The notes under the pieces were generated by a model. That model saw only the letters and a list, made by a program, of their open reading frames with translations, did no database searches and was not told the DNA's origin. Both the position numbers and the translations under genes were made by a program. A stretch of DNA of 64,000 bases, from NCBI GenBank assembly GCA_963700535.1, contig CAVOXU010000005.1, positions 65,695-129,694 on the forward strand, in the 5' to 3' direction. Positions 20,097-31,049 of the stretch are shown here, one piece after another. This stretch comes from Chrysiogenales bacterium. Its GTDB lineage: Bacteria > Acidobacteriota > Aminicenantia > UBA2199. Positions within the stretch are counted from its first letter, which is position 1. Each line of letters begins with the position of its first letter.

Positions 20097-21092
20097 TCAG
20101 TTCTTCCCCGCGCGGGGCGGCATTTGGCTGATCGCGGCCCAGGTGCGGCGCATGCCTTCAAGCACATCGAAACGTGGTTCAAAGTCGAGCAGTTTTCGAG
20201 CCTTGGCGATTGAAAAAGCCGTATTATTGGTGAAAAACTTCAAGGTCCGGCTGGAAACGAAAGGTTCGCGGTTGAATTTCCTGGCCAGCCATTCCGCTGC
20301 GGCGAAAAGGGGGCGGGCCATGAGCAAGGGAAGATGAAGCCGGGGTTTGGGAAAGCCGGAGGCCTGGGCCATGGCGCCCAGCAATTCGCGCAGGGATACC
20401 GGACGGGCGTCGCCGATCACGAATACCTGGCCCACGGCTTCGGGTCGCGAGGCGCAAAGCCGGCAGGCGAGGTTGAAGTCCTCGACATGAATGCAATGGC
20501 GCAGGCTGTTGCCGCTGCCGATGTAGAAAAATGTTTTCTTGCGCAGCGAACTGAACAATTTTTCCGTACGCGGACAGCCCGGTCCGTATACCCATACCGG
20601 CCTGATCACGGTCAGCGGCAAACCGCTTTGGCACGCAAAGTCGAGCACGGCTTGCTCTCCGGCCAGCTTGCTTTTTTCGTAGATCAGATCGGGATGGCAG
20701 GGGGTTGTTTCGTCGGCCGGCGGATCGGTGATCTTGCCATAAACGCCCACGCTGCTCACATGAACGAAGCGGGCGACTTCTGCCTCGTGGCACAAGCGGA
20801 CCAGGTTGAGCGCTCCATCGCGGTTAATGCGCCAGTAAGCCTCTTCACTTAAAGTGACGGAAAGATGAGCGCTGGCCAGGTGGAAGACCACTGCGGCTCC
20901 GGCCACGATCTTTTTCATTGCTTCCAGGTCGCAGATATCGGCCTGGAATATTTTCAGGGCGGGCCCGAAATCCAGGTCCTGCAGGCGATCCGTATGCAAA
21001 TCCACCGCATGCACGGTCATGCCCTGCGCCAATTGGTCCTCGACCAGGTGGCGACCCATGAATCCGTTGGCCCCGGTTATGACGGCGATCAT
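20097..21092 (-). CDS. NAD-dependent epimerase/dehydratase (SDR)
   Basis: VITGANGFMGRHL Rossmann motif and catalytic YEKSK. Confidence 0.85.
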   Translation of the reverse strand: MIAVITGANGFMGRHLVEDQLAQGMTVHAVDLHTDRLQDLDFGPALKIFQADICDLEAMKKIVAGAAVVFHLASAHLSVTLSEEAYWRINRDGALNLVRLCHEAEVARFVHVSSVGVYGKITDPPADETTPCHPDLIYEKSKLAGEQAVLDFACQSGLPLTVIRPVWVYGPGCPRTEKLFSSLRKKTFFYIGSGNSLRHCIHVEDFNLACRLCASRPEAVGQVFVIGDARPVSLRELLGAMAQASGFPKPRLHLPLLMARPLFAAAEWLARKFNREPFVSSRTLKFFTNNTAFSIAKARKLLDFEPRFDVLEGMRRTWAAISQMPPRAGKN

Positions 21093-21912
21093 TTGACGGT
21101 CTCCACTACCACGGCATAGCCGCGTGTGAAGGCGATCAGGTAATCCAGGCGGGAAATGAGCCAGAAGACCGGATAGAGCAGGGCGTAAAGCTTGTAACTC
21201 TTTTTAACCGAGTTGAGCTGGCTCTTGCTCACGGGAGCGATGGTTCCCGCTTCGACCGGGACCCGGCTTTTTTTGGCCAGTAATTTCACATAAAGGAAAT
21301 TGATCGCCAGTTCCAGCATCTCGGTAAAAAAACGAGCATAGGAACCGCTGCGTCTGAAGGTTAATCCGGCCGCTGCGGTGAGCCGGCGCAGATCGGGGAC
21401 GTCGAATCCGGTGCGGCGATGACCATAGGCCTTGGCGTCCATGCCGATGGCTTTTTTGATGCGCACCGCGAGCTTTTTCTCATTGCCGTTGGGAGTGGTG
21501 ACGATCACCGTGCCGCCCGGGCGCGTGACGCGCGCCAATTCGCGGGTGACGGGCAGGGGGTCGTCCAGATGCTCGTGCACGTCTATGCAGACCGCTAGAT
21601 CGAATTCATCATTGGCAAAGGGCAAAGAAGCTGTTTCACCGTCAAGCTTGAGAACCGGTTCACCCAGGAGCTCTTCCATGCCGGGAATGCCCTGGGCTTC
21701 AAAGTCGGCCCAGGTCCAAAGCCGCCCATATGGCGTATTTTATAGTTGATGGCGCCGTTGTTGTCGCCGCAGGTAAGGAGCAGGCACTTGCGGTTGGCGA
21801 GAACAGGGAAGAATCTGGCCAGAGCCGCGACCTTCATTTTTTTTTTCAGAGAGCGGTTGAACATTTTCAATTGCCACGGGGTTTCCTTGCCGGTGTTTGC
21901 TGGGATTTCCAT
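21089..21912 (-). CDS. class I SAM-dependent methyltransferase (one frame break near 21715)
   Basis: The N-terminal ORF (21595-21912) ends ...LLLTCGDNNGAINYKIRHMGG. The C-terminal ORF (21089-21679) continues ...WTWADFEAQGIPGMEELLGEPV...DLAVCIDVHEHL...PGGTVIVTTP. Confidence 0.7.
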
Positions 21913-22078
21913 CAGGACATTTTACGGGATATCGGGATTAATTTCAATAGCTGCCAGGTCCTGGCAGCGGGAAAGCTTCAAAAAGCTTATCCCGGAGGTC
22001 GTCCCTCTCTGCAAACGCAGGCGATATTCCGCCAAGGCCAGGATTCCAATGCTGCCGACAATGTGTTAAAATACAAGA

Positions 22079-23432
22079 ATGAAACTGAAAAGATTGGTTG
22101 TGTTTTTACTGGCTCCGGCACTGCTGGCAATCGCGGTGCTTTCTTATATTTTTTTATCGTCTACCAAAAAACCGAACATCATTTTGATCACGGTCGATGC
22201 CCTGCGCGCCGATTATCTGGGTGCTTACGGGCATGCAAATGATACCTCCCCGCAGATCGACGCATTCGCCAGGGAATCCCTTGTTTTCACCAATGCCTAT
22301 TGCACAGTTCCCAAAACCTCGGCTTCCTTCGCTTCACTGATGACCGGCCTGCATCCTTTTTTCCATCAAACCTCCCCGATCAAGGATTTTCTCAGGGAAG
22401 AAAACTTGACCCTTGCCGAGTTCCTGAGCAAAAATGATTATGAAACTGCGGCCATTGTCGAGAATGCCAATCTTTCCAAATTTTTCAAGTTCGACCAGGG
22501 TTTCGCATCCTACACTGAAGTATGGAAACGTGTCGATGGCAAAGCTGCCGCAACGCCATTTATCACCGATGCGACCAGTAAATTCCTGAATGGCAAGCAC
22601 GACAAGCCGTTTTTTTTATGGGTGCATTACATTGATACCCATGCTCCCTATCTGCCGCCGGCAGAATTGGTCCGCTACGATGAAACCAGAAAGGGCAGGG
22701 ATATCTCCCGGATTGAAAAAAAAATCGTCATCGGCAGCAAAATCGAAAAGCAAAAGATCCAGAACGGTCTCAGCGATGAAAATTATTTCATCGCTCTTTA
22801 TGAGGGCTGCGTACGCTACGTGGATGGCGAGATCGGCAAGATACTGGAGATCATCAAGCGCCGCTACCTGGACAACACCGTGGTCATCATCTCCTCGGAT
22901 CACGGCGAGGAACTGGGCGAGCACAACCTCTTTTTCGATCATGGTGCGTTGACGTTCCAATCCAGCACGCGTGTGCCTTTGATCGTCAGTATCCCCGGAC
23001 GCAAGCAGGCCCGCATCGACCGTCCCGTCAGCCTGATGGATGTTTTTCCGACTGTGGTCGAAGACATCCTGCGCAAGAAAATCCCGACCACTATCCAGGG
23101 AATCTCCTTATTCAAGGAAGAGGCGGGCCGCAAACTTCATATTTACGGCCAGTCCAGCCATGCCATTATCGCCGGCGGCCGCAGCTTCATTGAAATCAAG
23201 CAGCACTTACGCGGCCAGGCTGGACATACCCACTCGCTATTGTTTTGACTACCAGGCCGATGCCGCTGAAAAGCAAAATTTGCTCCCCGGCAGCCTCTCA
23301 CTTTTTCTGCTGAATAACAACCTTTATAACAATTATATTGCCAAGAACAAGTACCCGGTGAGAAAAAGTGGTCATCGCCAACTTTCGGAAAAAGATCTCG
23401 AAAGCCTGAAGGCCCTGGGTTATATCAACTGA
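22079..23432 (+). CDS. sulfatase-like hydrolase/transferase (alkaline-phosphatase superfamily), one frame break near 23210
   Basis: N-terminal TM/signal and metal-site ILITVDALRADYLG. The nucleophile region CTVPKTSASFASLMTG deviates from the C/S-x-P-x-R sulfatase box. SSDHGEELGEH is present. The C-terminus RYCFDYQADAAEKQNLL...LKALGYIN lies in another frame. Confidence 0.65.
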
Positions 23433-25161
23433 TCAGCGCCGGGGATCGCCGGACGGAAACGATGGCCGGCGGCGGGCCAGCGGTTCGTAGAATTCAATGG
23501 TCGGCGAGACGAAGTCACAGGCGAACATCGGGTCCAGGGCGGCATAAATTTCACGGTTGATAAAAGGCGCATCAAAAACTCGCAGGCGGCGTAATTTTCG
23601 CGGATTCTTGCGGATCGAATTCCACAGCCGCATCCTTTCAGCGGCCTTTTCTCCCAGGCGCACGTCACGAAGAAAAACCAGGCTGCTGAGGATCAGGATA
23701 TCGCCGCGGCCCAGTTTGCCGCGCTGCAGATCCAACATGGTTCCCCGCAAATCCTTGGTCAGTACTTCGAAATGTGAGCCGTCGAACAGCGGCATGTAGG
23801 ATTTTCCCATTACAGTGGACAGTGGTACGGAAAATGGCATGGGTCCGGGGCTGTCGGCGGGAACGATAAATCGCCGGTCGAAAATGGGATCGACCAGAAT
23901 GATCCTGCTTTTTGGCAGGAAGCTCCTTTTCGGCCCATTGGGCAGCTTCAAGCCGGGTATCGCTGCGAAAACGGTCCACCGTGGATATATCGTAGGCCAG
24001 AGTGTAGGCAAATAGCGGAACCGCGAGCAGCCAGGCCACTGCCCGGAGCCGGCCGCGGGAGGTGGAGAACAGCCTGAACGCGCCCCAGGATGCGAGTATC
24101 AGGATGATTGGCAGAACGGGAAGATAATAGCGGCTGGGAACGAATTTCCAGGAAGCCACGATGCCCAGGTAGAGAAATGGGAAAGCCAAGCCCAGGATCA
24201 CTTCTGTTTTTTTGCGGCTCATGACGAAAAAAACGACTCCGGCCGCAGCCGCCAGGTAAAGCGGCAGGCCGAAGGAGAAAGGAAAAGCGGAAAAAAGTTG
24301 ATAAATGTACGGGAAATAGGGCCAACCTCCCGGCGCAAGGTCGAAGCCGTAATGTCCGCCCTTGACATGCGCCGATTCAAAGAAGAAAGCGGATACCGTG
24401 GCTTTCAAGTGGATGATCGAGAAGGGGGAAACCAGGAAAAAACCGACCAGGGCTGCCGCTCCGGCCAGAAACAGGAACAGTATGGCCTTGGGGAACGAGC
24501 GGATGCGTTTTTCCCGCCAGGCGGCCAACGCCGCCACCAAAAAGGAAATTCCGGCCAGCATGCCGTTGAACTTGACCCCGATGGCCACGCCCACCGCCAG
24601 CCCCCCCAGTAGAAAACGGGCCGCGCCCGGTTTTTGGAAGGCGCGCAGTGCCAGCCAGAAAGCGGCTGTGATCCAGAAGACAAGGCTGATGTCGCTGGTG
24701 CCGAAGTGGGAGTGCCAGACATGGATGGGCAGCAAGGCCACCATCCAGGCTGCCCAGGCCCCGGCCTTGGCCTCGCTGAAAAAATCGCGGGCGGCCAGGT
24801 AGGCCAATGGGATGGTCAGGGTGCCGAAAAACACGCTCCACAGGCGGTTGATCAGCAGGATGGTATGCGGCTGCAAGGCTACGCCGAACAGGCGCGCTAC
24901 CTGGGCGGTGAAAAAATTCAGATAAAACGTCAAGCCGGAATAGTTATAAAAATGGGTGTCAAGGTCCTGCCAGCTCAGCCCGGCGCTGATGTTCCAGACA
25001 TTGAGCTCGTCGGGGCTCAGATCGACTCGCGGGAAACCCCAGTGGATGCCCCACAGCCTCAGGATCAAACCGGTCAGCAACGCGCCGCCCAGGGCCAGCA
25101 GCGGCAGGGGGACGGAAGAAAACCATTTATTTTGTTCTGATTGCAGCGTGGAGCGGGTCAT
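23433..25161 (-). CDS. GT39/ArnT-PMT-like GT-C glycosyltransferase (one frame break at the A5 run near 23910)
   Basis: Polytopic protein with first-loop SPDELNVW. After ...AAQWAEKELPAK the sensible sequence continues in the 23433-24011 ORF (SRIILVDPIFDRRFIV...). Confidence 0.6.
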
Positions 25162-25293
25162 TTTTGAAAACCAAAACGATCCGAGGGTGGGCAGCAGGTG
25201 TTTTTTTTCATGAAAGTGATTTTAAGGCAAAGCGGCGAAAATTTCAAGAGTGTTTATTATGGCTGCGTCGGAATCTTCCCCCTCTTCCCATGA

Positions 25294-25859
25294 TTATTCC
25301 CTGAAAATGGATAGAAGTTCGTTCACTCTGCGGGTAATATCGCGAAAAGCAGCGGCCCGGCGGCGATAGTTTTCGAGGAACTCATCCAGGAAGGGGAATC
25401 GAGAGCGGTATTTTTCTGCCAATTCAAAGACCAGCCATTGCTCCTGGTCGGGGGCCGGCCGGTGATGTTTTTTTTCAAGGTGTTGAATTCCTTGAACGGG
25501 GCGGCGTCCGGGGCGTGGTTTTTCCATTTTCGATCGCTGGCCCGGATCCGTTTCAGTTCCCTTTCGGTCAGGTCGACCTGAAAAAGGGCCCGGCCCAGGT
25601 CTTCCTCGTTCAAGCGGGGGAGTTTTTCCAGGTGGTCGAGCAATTTTAAGGTTTTTTCATTGACCTGCAACGCCTGGTCGAATTCGTCCTGCATGGTTAT
25701 GCCGATCTCCAAGGTCATGCCCAGGACAAAATGGCCGACCAGGGTTTGAAATTCCTCTATATCCCGATCCGCGGGCGGCTGCAGAAGCATCCGGCGCAGC
25801 AAAACCAGGCGCCCGTCCTTGCCGCCTTCGTCAGGCAAGCGCCTTTTTAATCTTTTCAT
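25294..25859 (-). CDS. hypothetical protein (frame break at the T8 run 25468-25475)
   Basis: Two overlapping ORFs (25323-25859 and 25294-25527) join to give a helical ~185-aa protein. No motif recognised. Confidence 0.35.
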
Positions 25860-26080
25860 AGGCCTGATCGCTCAGATAGTCGCCTCCCGACCCGTTGTCT
25901 GCTCAGGCCGGGTTCCGTTTTGGCCAGTATCCTGGCCAATGCCTCCTCGGTCATGGCCAGCCTGATTTTCTCTTCGTCGCAGCAGGTGATCCCTGTCGGC
26001 ATTATTTCCTGGGCGGCGGAAAAAGACATGCCGGCACCGCTCAGGCAAAACAAAAAAAGCATCATGATTTTCGGGTGCAC
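25856..26080 (-). CDS. small secreted hypothetical protein
   Basis: Signal-like MHPKIMMLFLFCLSGAGMSFSAAQE. It overlaps the next gene by 4 nt. The C-terminus is possibly also frame-shifted. Confidence 0.3.
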   Translation of the reverse strand: MHPKIMMLFLFCLSGAGMSFSAAQEIMPTGITCCDEEKIRLAMTEEALARILAKTEPGLSRQRVGRRLSERSGL

Positions 26081-26187
26081 GTAAGACTTATTGTACGTGA
26101 ATCGACTTTTGATTTCAATACAGGACCTTTTTCCCCGTTGACTTTTTGGACTTTTTCATTTATAGTTTTTTTCTTAAAGGAGTGGCA

Positions 26188-27643
26188 ATGAACATCAATC
26201 ATCAAAAAACAAAACTTAATTTTAGATCTGTTCGAAGAAATCAGCGCCATACCGCGCTGTTCCAAGCATGAAGAGAAAATCGGAGCGTTCCTCTTGGAAT
26301 GGGCCGAAAAACACGCCCTGGAAGCCAAAAAGGACAAAGTCGGCAATGTCCTGATCAAGGTGCCCGCCAGCGCCGGTTACGAAAAATCAGGAGCCGTAGT
26401 GATCCAGGGACACATGGACATGGTTTGCGAAAAAACCGCCGATTCTCCCCATGATTTTTCAAAAGACCCCATCCGTTTTGTCTATGACGGCGAATGGCTG
26501 AAGGCCGACCGCACCACCCTGGGCTCCGATAACGGCATCGCCCTGGCCATGGCCATGGTGCTGGCGTTGGATAAGGAAGCCGTCCATCCACCCCTGGAAC
26601 TGCTTTTCACCGTGGATGAGGAAACCGGCCTGACCGGGGCCAATGCGCTGGAATCTGGTTTTATCGAAGGCAAGATCCTGCTCAATGTCGATTCCGAGGA
26701 CGAGGGTGTTTTCACCGTCGGTTGTGCCGGCGGCCGCGACACCCACATCACCCTGGCTTTGCAGTACGAAGATGCCCCGGAAGGATTCGTCATGGCCCGC
26801 TTGAAGGCCAGCGGCATGAATGGCGGCCATTCCGGGATCAACATCAGTGATGATCGGGCCAACGCCATACGTATCCTGGACAGGGCGCTAATAACGATCA
26901 AGTCAGATTTCGACCTGCGCCTGGCCGATATTTCCGGCGGCACGGCCCACAATGCCATTCCCCGCGATGCCTGGGCCGATGTTTTTATCCCCCGCGACAG
27001 CTTCAAGGCAATTGAAAAAATAGTGGCCGACCAGGAAGAGATTTTCAAGCATGAATTCAAGAATACCGATCCCGAGTTGAAGGTAGCGCTGGAACTGCAG
27101 CCCGAAACCATGGGCAAGCGCCCGCTGAAGGTGGCTGACGGCACCAAGATCTTCGATCTGATCATCGCCCTGCCGCACGGCGTAGCCGCCATGTCAACGG
27201 AAATCAAGGGTCTGGTGGAAACCTCCAACAACCTGGCCAGCGCCAAGATCGCCAACAGCACAATCGAGATCGTTACCAGCCAGCGCAGTTCGGTGGAGTC
27301 GCGGCTGCATGCCCTGACCTTGAAGATCGAAGCCATTGGGCATCTTGCCGGAGCCGAGGCCGTCAGCGGCAACGGCTACCCGCCCTGGCAGCCCAACATG
27401 CAATCGCCGCTGCTGGCCCGCTGCAAGGATGTGTACCGCAAGCTGTTCGGCAAAGAGCCCCATGTGGAAGTCATTCACGCCGGCCTGGAATGCGGGATCA
27501 TCGGCGACAAAAATGCCGGCATGGACATGATTTCCTTCGGCCCGACGCTGAAAAACCCCCATGCGCCCGACGAAAAAATTCACATTGGATCCATCGGCAA
27601 GATCTGGGATTTCCTGGTGGAGCTGTTGAAAAGCCTGAAATAG
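26188..27643 (+). CDS. pepD: aminoacyl-histidine (Xaa-His) dipeptidase, M20C (frame break in the A6 run near 26205)
   Basis: AAAGGAG RBS plus the ATG at 26188. After MNINHQK the frame shifts to ...LILDLFEEISAIPRCSKHEEKI. Also VIQGHMDMV, GSDNGIA and DEETGLTGA. Confidence 0.85.
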
Positions 27644-27692
27644 TTTTTGCCTTGATTTGACCGCTTCGCTGTTTTTTATTAGAATGGTGTCC

Positions 27693-28582
27693 ATGAAAAG
27701 AAGAACTTTCGTAAAAAACGGCGTGTTGTTTTCGTCAGGCATGCTGTTGGCCCGCCCGCGGCCCTGGACAAGCAGGTCAGCGCGGCTCCCGTCATCCAGG
27801 TGAAGGGCGCATCGCCTTATGAAATCACCAAAAAGGCCATAGCGGAGACCGGCGGCATGGGTAAAATCGTTTCCCGCGGCGACGTGGTCATGGTCAAGCC
27901 CAATATCGGCTGGAACCGGACCGTGGAACAGGCCGCCTGCACCAACCCCGAGGTCTTGCGGGCAGTAATCGAACTGGTTTTCGCTGCCGGCGCCAAAAAA
28001 GTCGTGGTCATGGACAACACTTGTCACAAGGCCGAAGACTGCTACCAACGCAGCGGCATCGCCGCCATGGCCGGAAAACTGGGAGCCGAGGTCCGTTATA
28101 CCGATGAGAACCGCCTGGTTGTCCATGACTTCAAGGGCGAAACTCTTTCCAAATGGCCGGTTTTCAAGGACTTCTTGGAAGTCGACAAATTCATCAACGT
28201 GCCCATCCTCAAGCATCACGGCAGCGCCGGCCTGACCATTGCCATGAAAAACCTCTATGGCATCCTGGGCGGTAACCGTGGCAAGCTGCACCGCGACATG
28301 GGTGAAAACATTGCCGAACTCGCCGCCGGTTTTCGCAGCCACCTGGTCGTGGTGGACGCCTACAGGGTCTTGATGCGCAACGGCCCGGTGGGCGGGAGGC
28401 TGAGCGATGTGGAAATGCGCCAGACCGTGATCGCTTCGACCCACATCATGCATGCCGACGTGGCGGCGGCGGTCCTCTTCGGCAAGGCCCCCCGGGAGGT
28501 GGAGTTCCTGCAGGCGGCCTATGCCAAAAAAATGGGCGAGATCGACATTGCCAGGATTCCGGTCAAGTCGCTGACCGTCTGA
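27693..28582 (+). CDS. DUF362-domain protein with twin-arginine signal (frame break near 27760)
   Basis: MKRRTFVKNGVLFSSGMLLA Tat-type leader in frame 3. The mature part, PAALDKQVSAAPVIQVKGASPYE...VMVKPNIGW...VPILKHH, is in frame 2. Confidence 0.65.
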
Positions 28583-28588
28583 CGCCCG

Positions 28589-30137
28589 GTGGACTCCAAA
28601 ACCAGCAAACGGTTGCAGCGGCTGCGCATCATCAGCCAGTTTTTTTTCACCTGGCTGTTTTTCTTTCTGCTGCTGAAAAGCGGCGGCGCCGCGATCGAGC
28701 ATTTGCCGCATACCGGCTTTTTCTTTTATATCGACCCCTTGTTTCTCTGGGTGAATATTTTGGTCGGGACCTTTTTTGCAAGTCTTTTTGCTGGCCCTGA
28801 TCCCGCTCATCCTGACCCTGATCTTCGGCCGTTTTTTTTGCGGCTGGGTCTGCCCCTTCGGGGCCCTGAACCAGTTTTTTACCTGGCTGGGCAGCCGGCG
28901 CCAGCGCAGAAAGATTCCGGTCAGCCGCCCCTCGCTGCGGTTGAAGTACCTGCTTCTGATCATCCTGCTGGTCGCTTCGCTTTTTGCCAGCCAGCTGCTG
29001 GGCTGGCTCGACCCCTTGGCGCTGCTGACGCGCAGCAGCTCGGCGGCGCTGGTCCCGGGCGCAAATTTCCTGGCCCAGCACGCCCTGCAATCCGGGGCGC
29101 AGAACCAGGGCTGGGCAGGGAAAATCGTCAAACCGCTGTACGATTTCAGCCGGCGTTTCCTGCTCACGGTCAGGCAGAGGACATTTCTGCAGGCCGCGGC
29201 CATCGGCTTGATTTTTTTCGGCCTGCTGCTGCTGAACCTGTACCGCCGCCGTTTTTTTTGCAACACCCTCTGCCCGCTGGGAGCGGTTTACGGTTTCCTG
29301 GCCAAGTATTCCCTTTTGCGTCTGCCGCTCAATGAAAACTGCCGAAAGTGCGGCGCCTGCTCCAACCACTGCACATATTACGGCAGCCCTTTCCAGGATT
29401 ATCTCAAATCCGAATGCGTGCTTTGCCTCAATTGCCTGAACGATTGTCCATTCGCCGCCATTGATGTGCGCTTTCAGCTGCCCCGGTCCGGAAAAAAGCC
29501 CGCCCTGGACATAGGCCGTCGTCAGATCCTGGCCGCAGCCGGCTGCGGCCTGGCAGCGGCGGCGCTGCCCCAAATCAGCGTAGATAAAAAGGCCAAGGCC
29601 CGTGTCTTCATTCGCCCTCCGGGAGCGGTTGTGGAAAAGGAATTCCTGAAAAAGTGCGTCCGCTGCGGGGCCTGCCTGCAGGCTTGTCCGACCAACGCCA
29701 TTCAACCTGCCGTTTTTCAGGCCGGGTTGGCAGGGATCTGGACCCCGGTTTTAATTCCGGTCAACGGTTATTGTGAATACGAGTGCGTGCGCTGTACCCG
29801 GGTGTGCCCGACCCATGCCCTCATGCCGTTGACGCTGGAAGAGAAAAAACAGTTCAAGATCGGCACGGCGGTCATCAACCGCAGCACCTGTTATACCTAC
29901 GCCGACGGCTACAATTGCGCGGTTTGTGAAGAACATTGCCCGGTACCGGAAAAGGCGATCAGGTTCCGTGAAGTCGAAGTATATAATTTCCGCGGCAAAC
30001 TCAAAAAAGTGAAACAGATCTATGTGGTTCCGGACTTGTGCATCGGCTGCGGCATCTGCGAAAATGTCTGTCCGCGCACCGATGCTCCGGCCATCGTGGT
30101 CGGGGCCGAGGAAGAGCAGCGGGAAAATTTCTTATGA
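28589..30137 (+). CDS. membrane-bound polyferredoxin (NapH/MauN-like 4Fe-4S protein), frame break near 28775
   Basis: GRFFCGWVCPFG and RRFFCNTLCPLG membrane motifs. Several CxxCxxCxxxCP clusters are present (CRKCGACSNHC, CVLCLNCLNDCP, CVRCGACLQACP, CIGCGICENVCP). Confidence 0.8.
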
Positions 30138-30226
30138 AAATTGCCCCCGCGGGTGCGAGTGGCGTGTCTGCCGCTATTGACTTTCCTCGTGATTTATATT
30201 AATTTCAGGGGCAGGCAAGGAGCTTC

Positions 30227-30542
30227 ATGATCAAACATTACGGCTTGGTTGTTTTAATACTGGTTTTGCTTTTCCTGACCGGCTGCTCCTCTTCCAGTGA
30301 AGCAAAGATAAACGTGTACAACAATGGAGAATTGAGCATCAAGGTTACCATCTACTATTCAACCATGGAGATCGCTCCGGGCAAGAGGGAAGGTTTCACG
30401 CTGCACCTGGCCCGGAAAGGGCGCCATGCGCGTCAGCATGGTTTACTTTCCGGTCGGCCAGCCGGTGCGTTCCCAGTACCAGGACCTGGAATTGAACAAG
30501 GGAGATGTACTCGATCTCAGCGTGGGATTCGCCAAGAACTGA
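30227..30542 (+). CDS. small lipoprotein (frame break near 30400)
   Basis: Lipobox LLFLTGC. The C-terminal part TWPGKGAMRVSMVYFPVGQPVRSQYQDLELNKGDVLDLSVGFAKN lies in another frame. Confidence 0.45.
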
Positions 30543-30552
30543 AGATCATCCC

Positions 30553-31023
30553 ATGGATGTTCAGGATAGCATGATGTTGGTCCTCGCCGCCGATCATGCC
30601 GGCTTTGAATTAAAGGAAAAACTCAAGGCGAATTTGCGAAAACAAGGGAAGGCGGTCGACGATTGCGGTGTTTATTCTTCCGCCGCGGCCAACTGGGCCG
30701 AGTTCGGCGCCCGGGCGGCGGCGAAAGTATCGGCCGATCCGGGACACACCATGGGAATATTGGTCTGCGGCTCGGGCATCGGCATGTCCATCGTGGCCAA
30801 CAAGTTCAGGAACGTGCGGGCCGCGCTCTGTCACGATGAAAAAGCGGCCTTCCTTGCCCGCAGCCATAATGACGCCAATGTCCTCGCTTTGGGGGCGCGG
30901 GTGGTGGACAGCGCCGCAGCCTTGAAGATCGTCGCTGTTTTTCTGCAGACCGCTTTCGTGGGCGGCCGGCACCAGGTGCGGTTGGATTACCTGCGCGACG
31001 ACGTGGAAAATAAAATTCATTGA
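30553..31023 (+). CDS. rpiB: ribose-5-phosphate isomerase B (RpiB/LacAB family)
   Basis: LAADHAGFELK, VCGSGIGMSIVANK and ARSHNDANVL. Confidence 0.85.
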   Translation: MDVQDSMMLVLAADHAGFELKEKLKANLRKQGKAVDDCGVYSSAAANWAEFGARAAAKVSADPGHTMGILVCGSGIGMSIVANKFRNVRAALCHDEKAAFLARSHNDANVLALGARVVDSAAALKIVAVFLQTAFVGGRHQVRLDYLRDDVENKIH

Positions 31024-31049
31024 AATATTTTACAAAATCAGGAGGTCAC

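Noticed and set aside
22079-23432. Calling this enzyme a true arylsulfatase
   Set aside because: The expected C/S-x-P-x-R formylglycine box reads C-T-V-P-K-T-S, and no anaerobic sulfatase-maturase or FGE gene is nearby. I kept the call as a generic sulfatase-like alkaline-phosphatase-superfamily enzyme.
27194-29266. 690-aa ORF on the minus strand, one of the longest in the track
   Set aside because: It is antisense to pepD's 3' end, the DUF362 gene and the polyferredoxin gene, all of which have clear family motifs. Its translation is Arg/Gly/Ala/Gln-rich low-complexity with no motif and no RBS. This is typical of shadow ORFs in GC-rich coding DNA. The same reasoning applies to 28647-29705 and 26482-27372.
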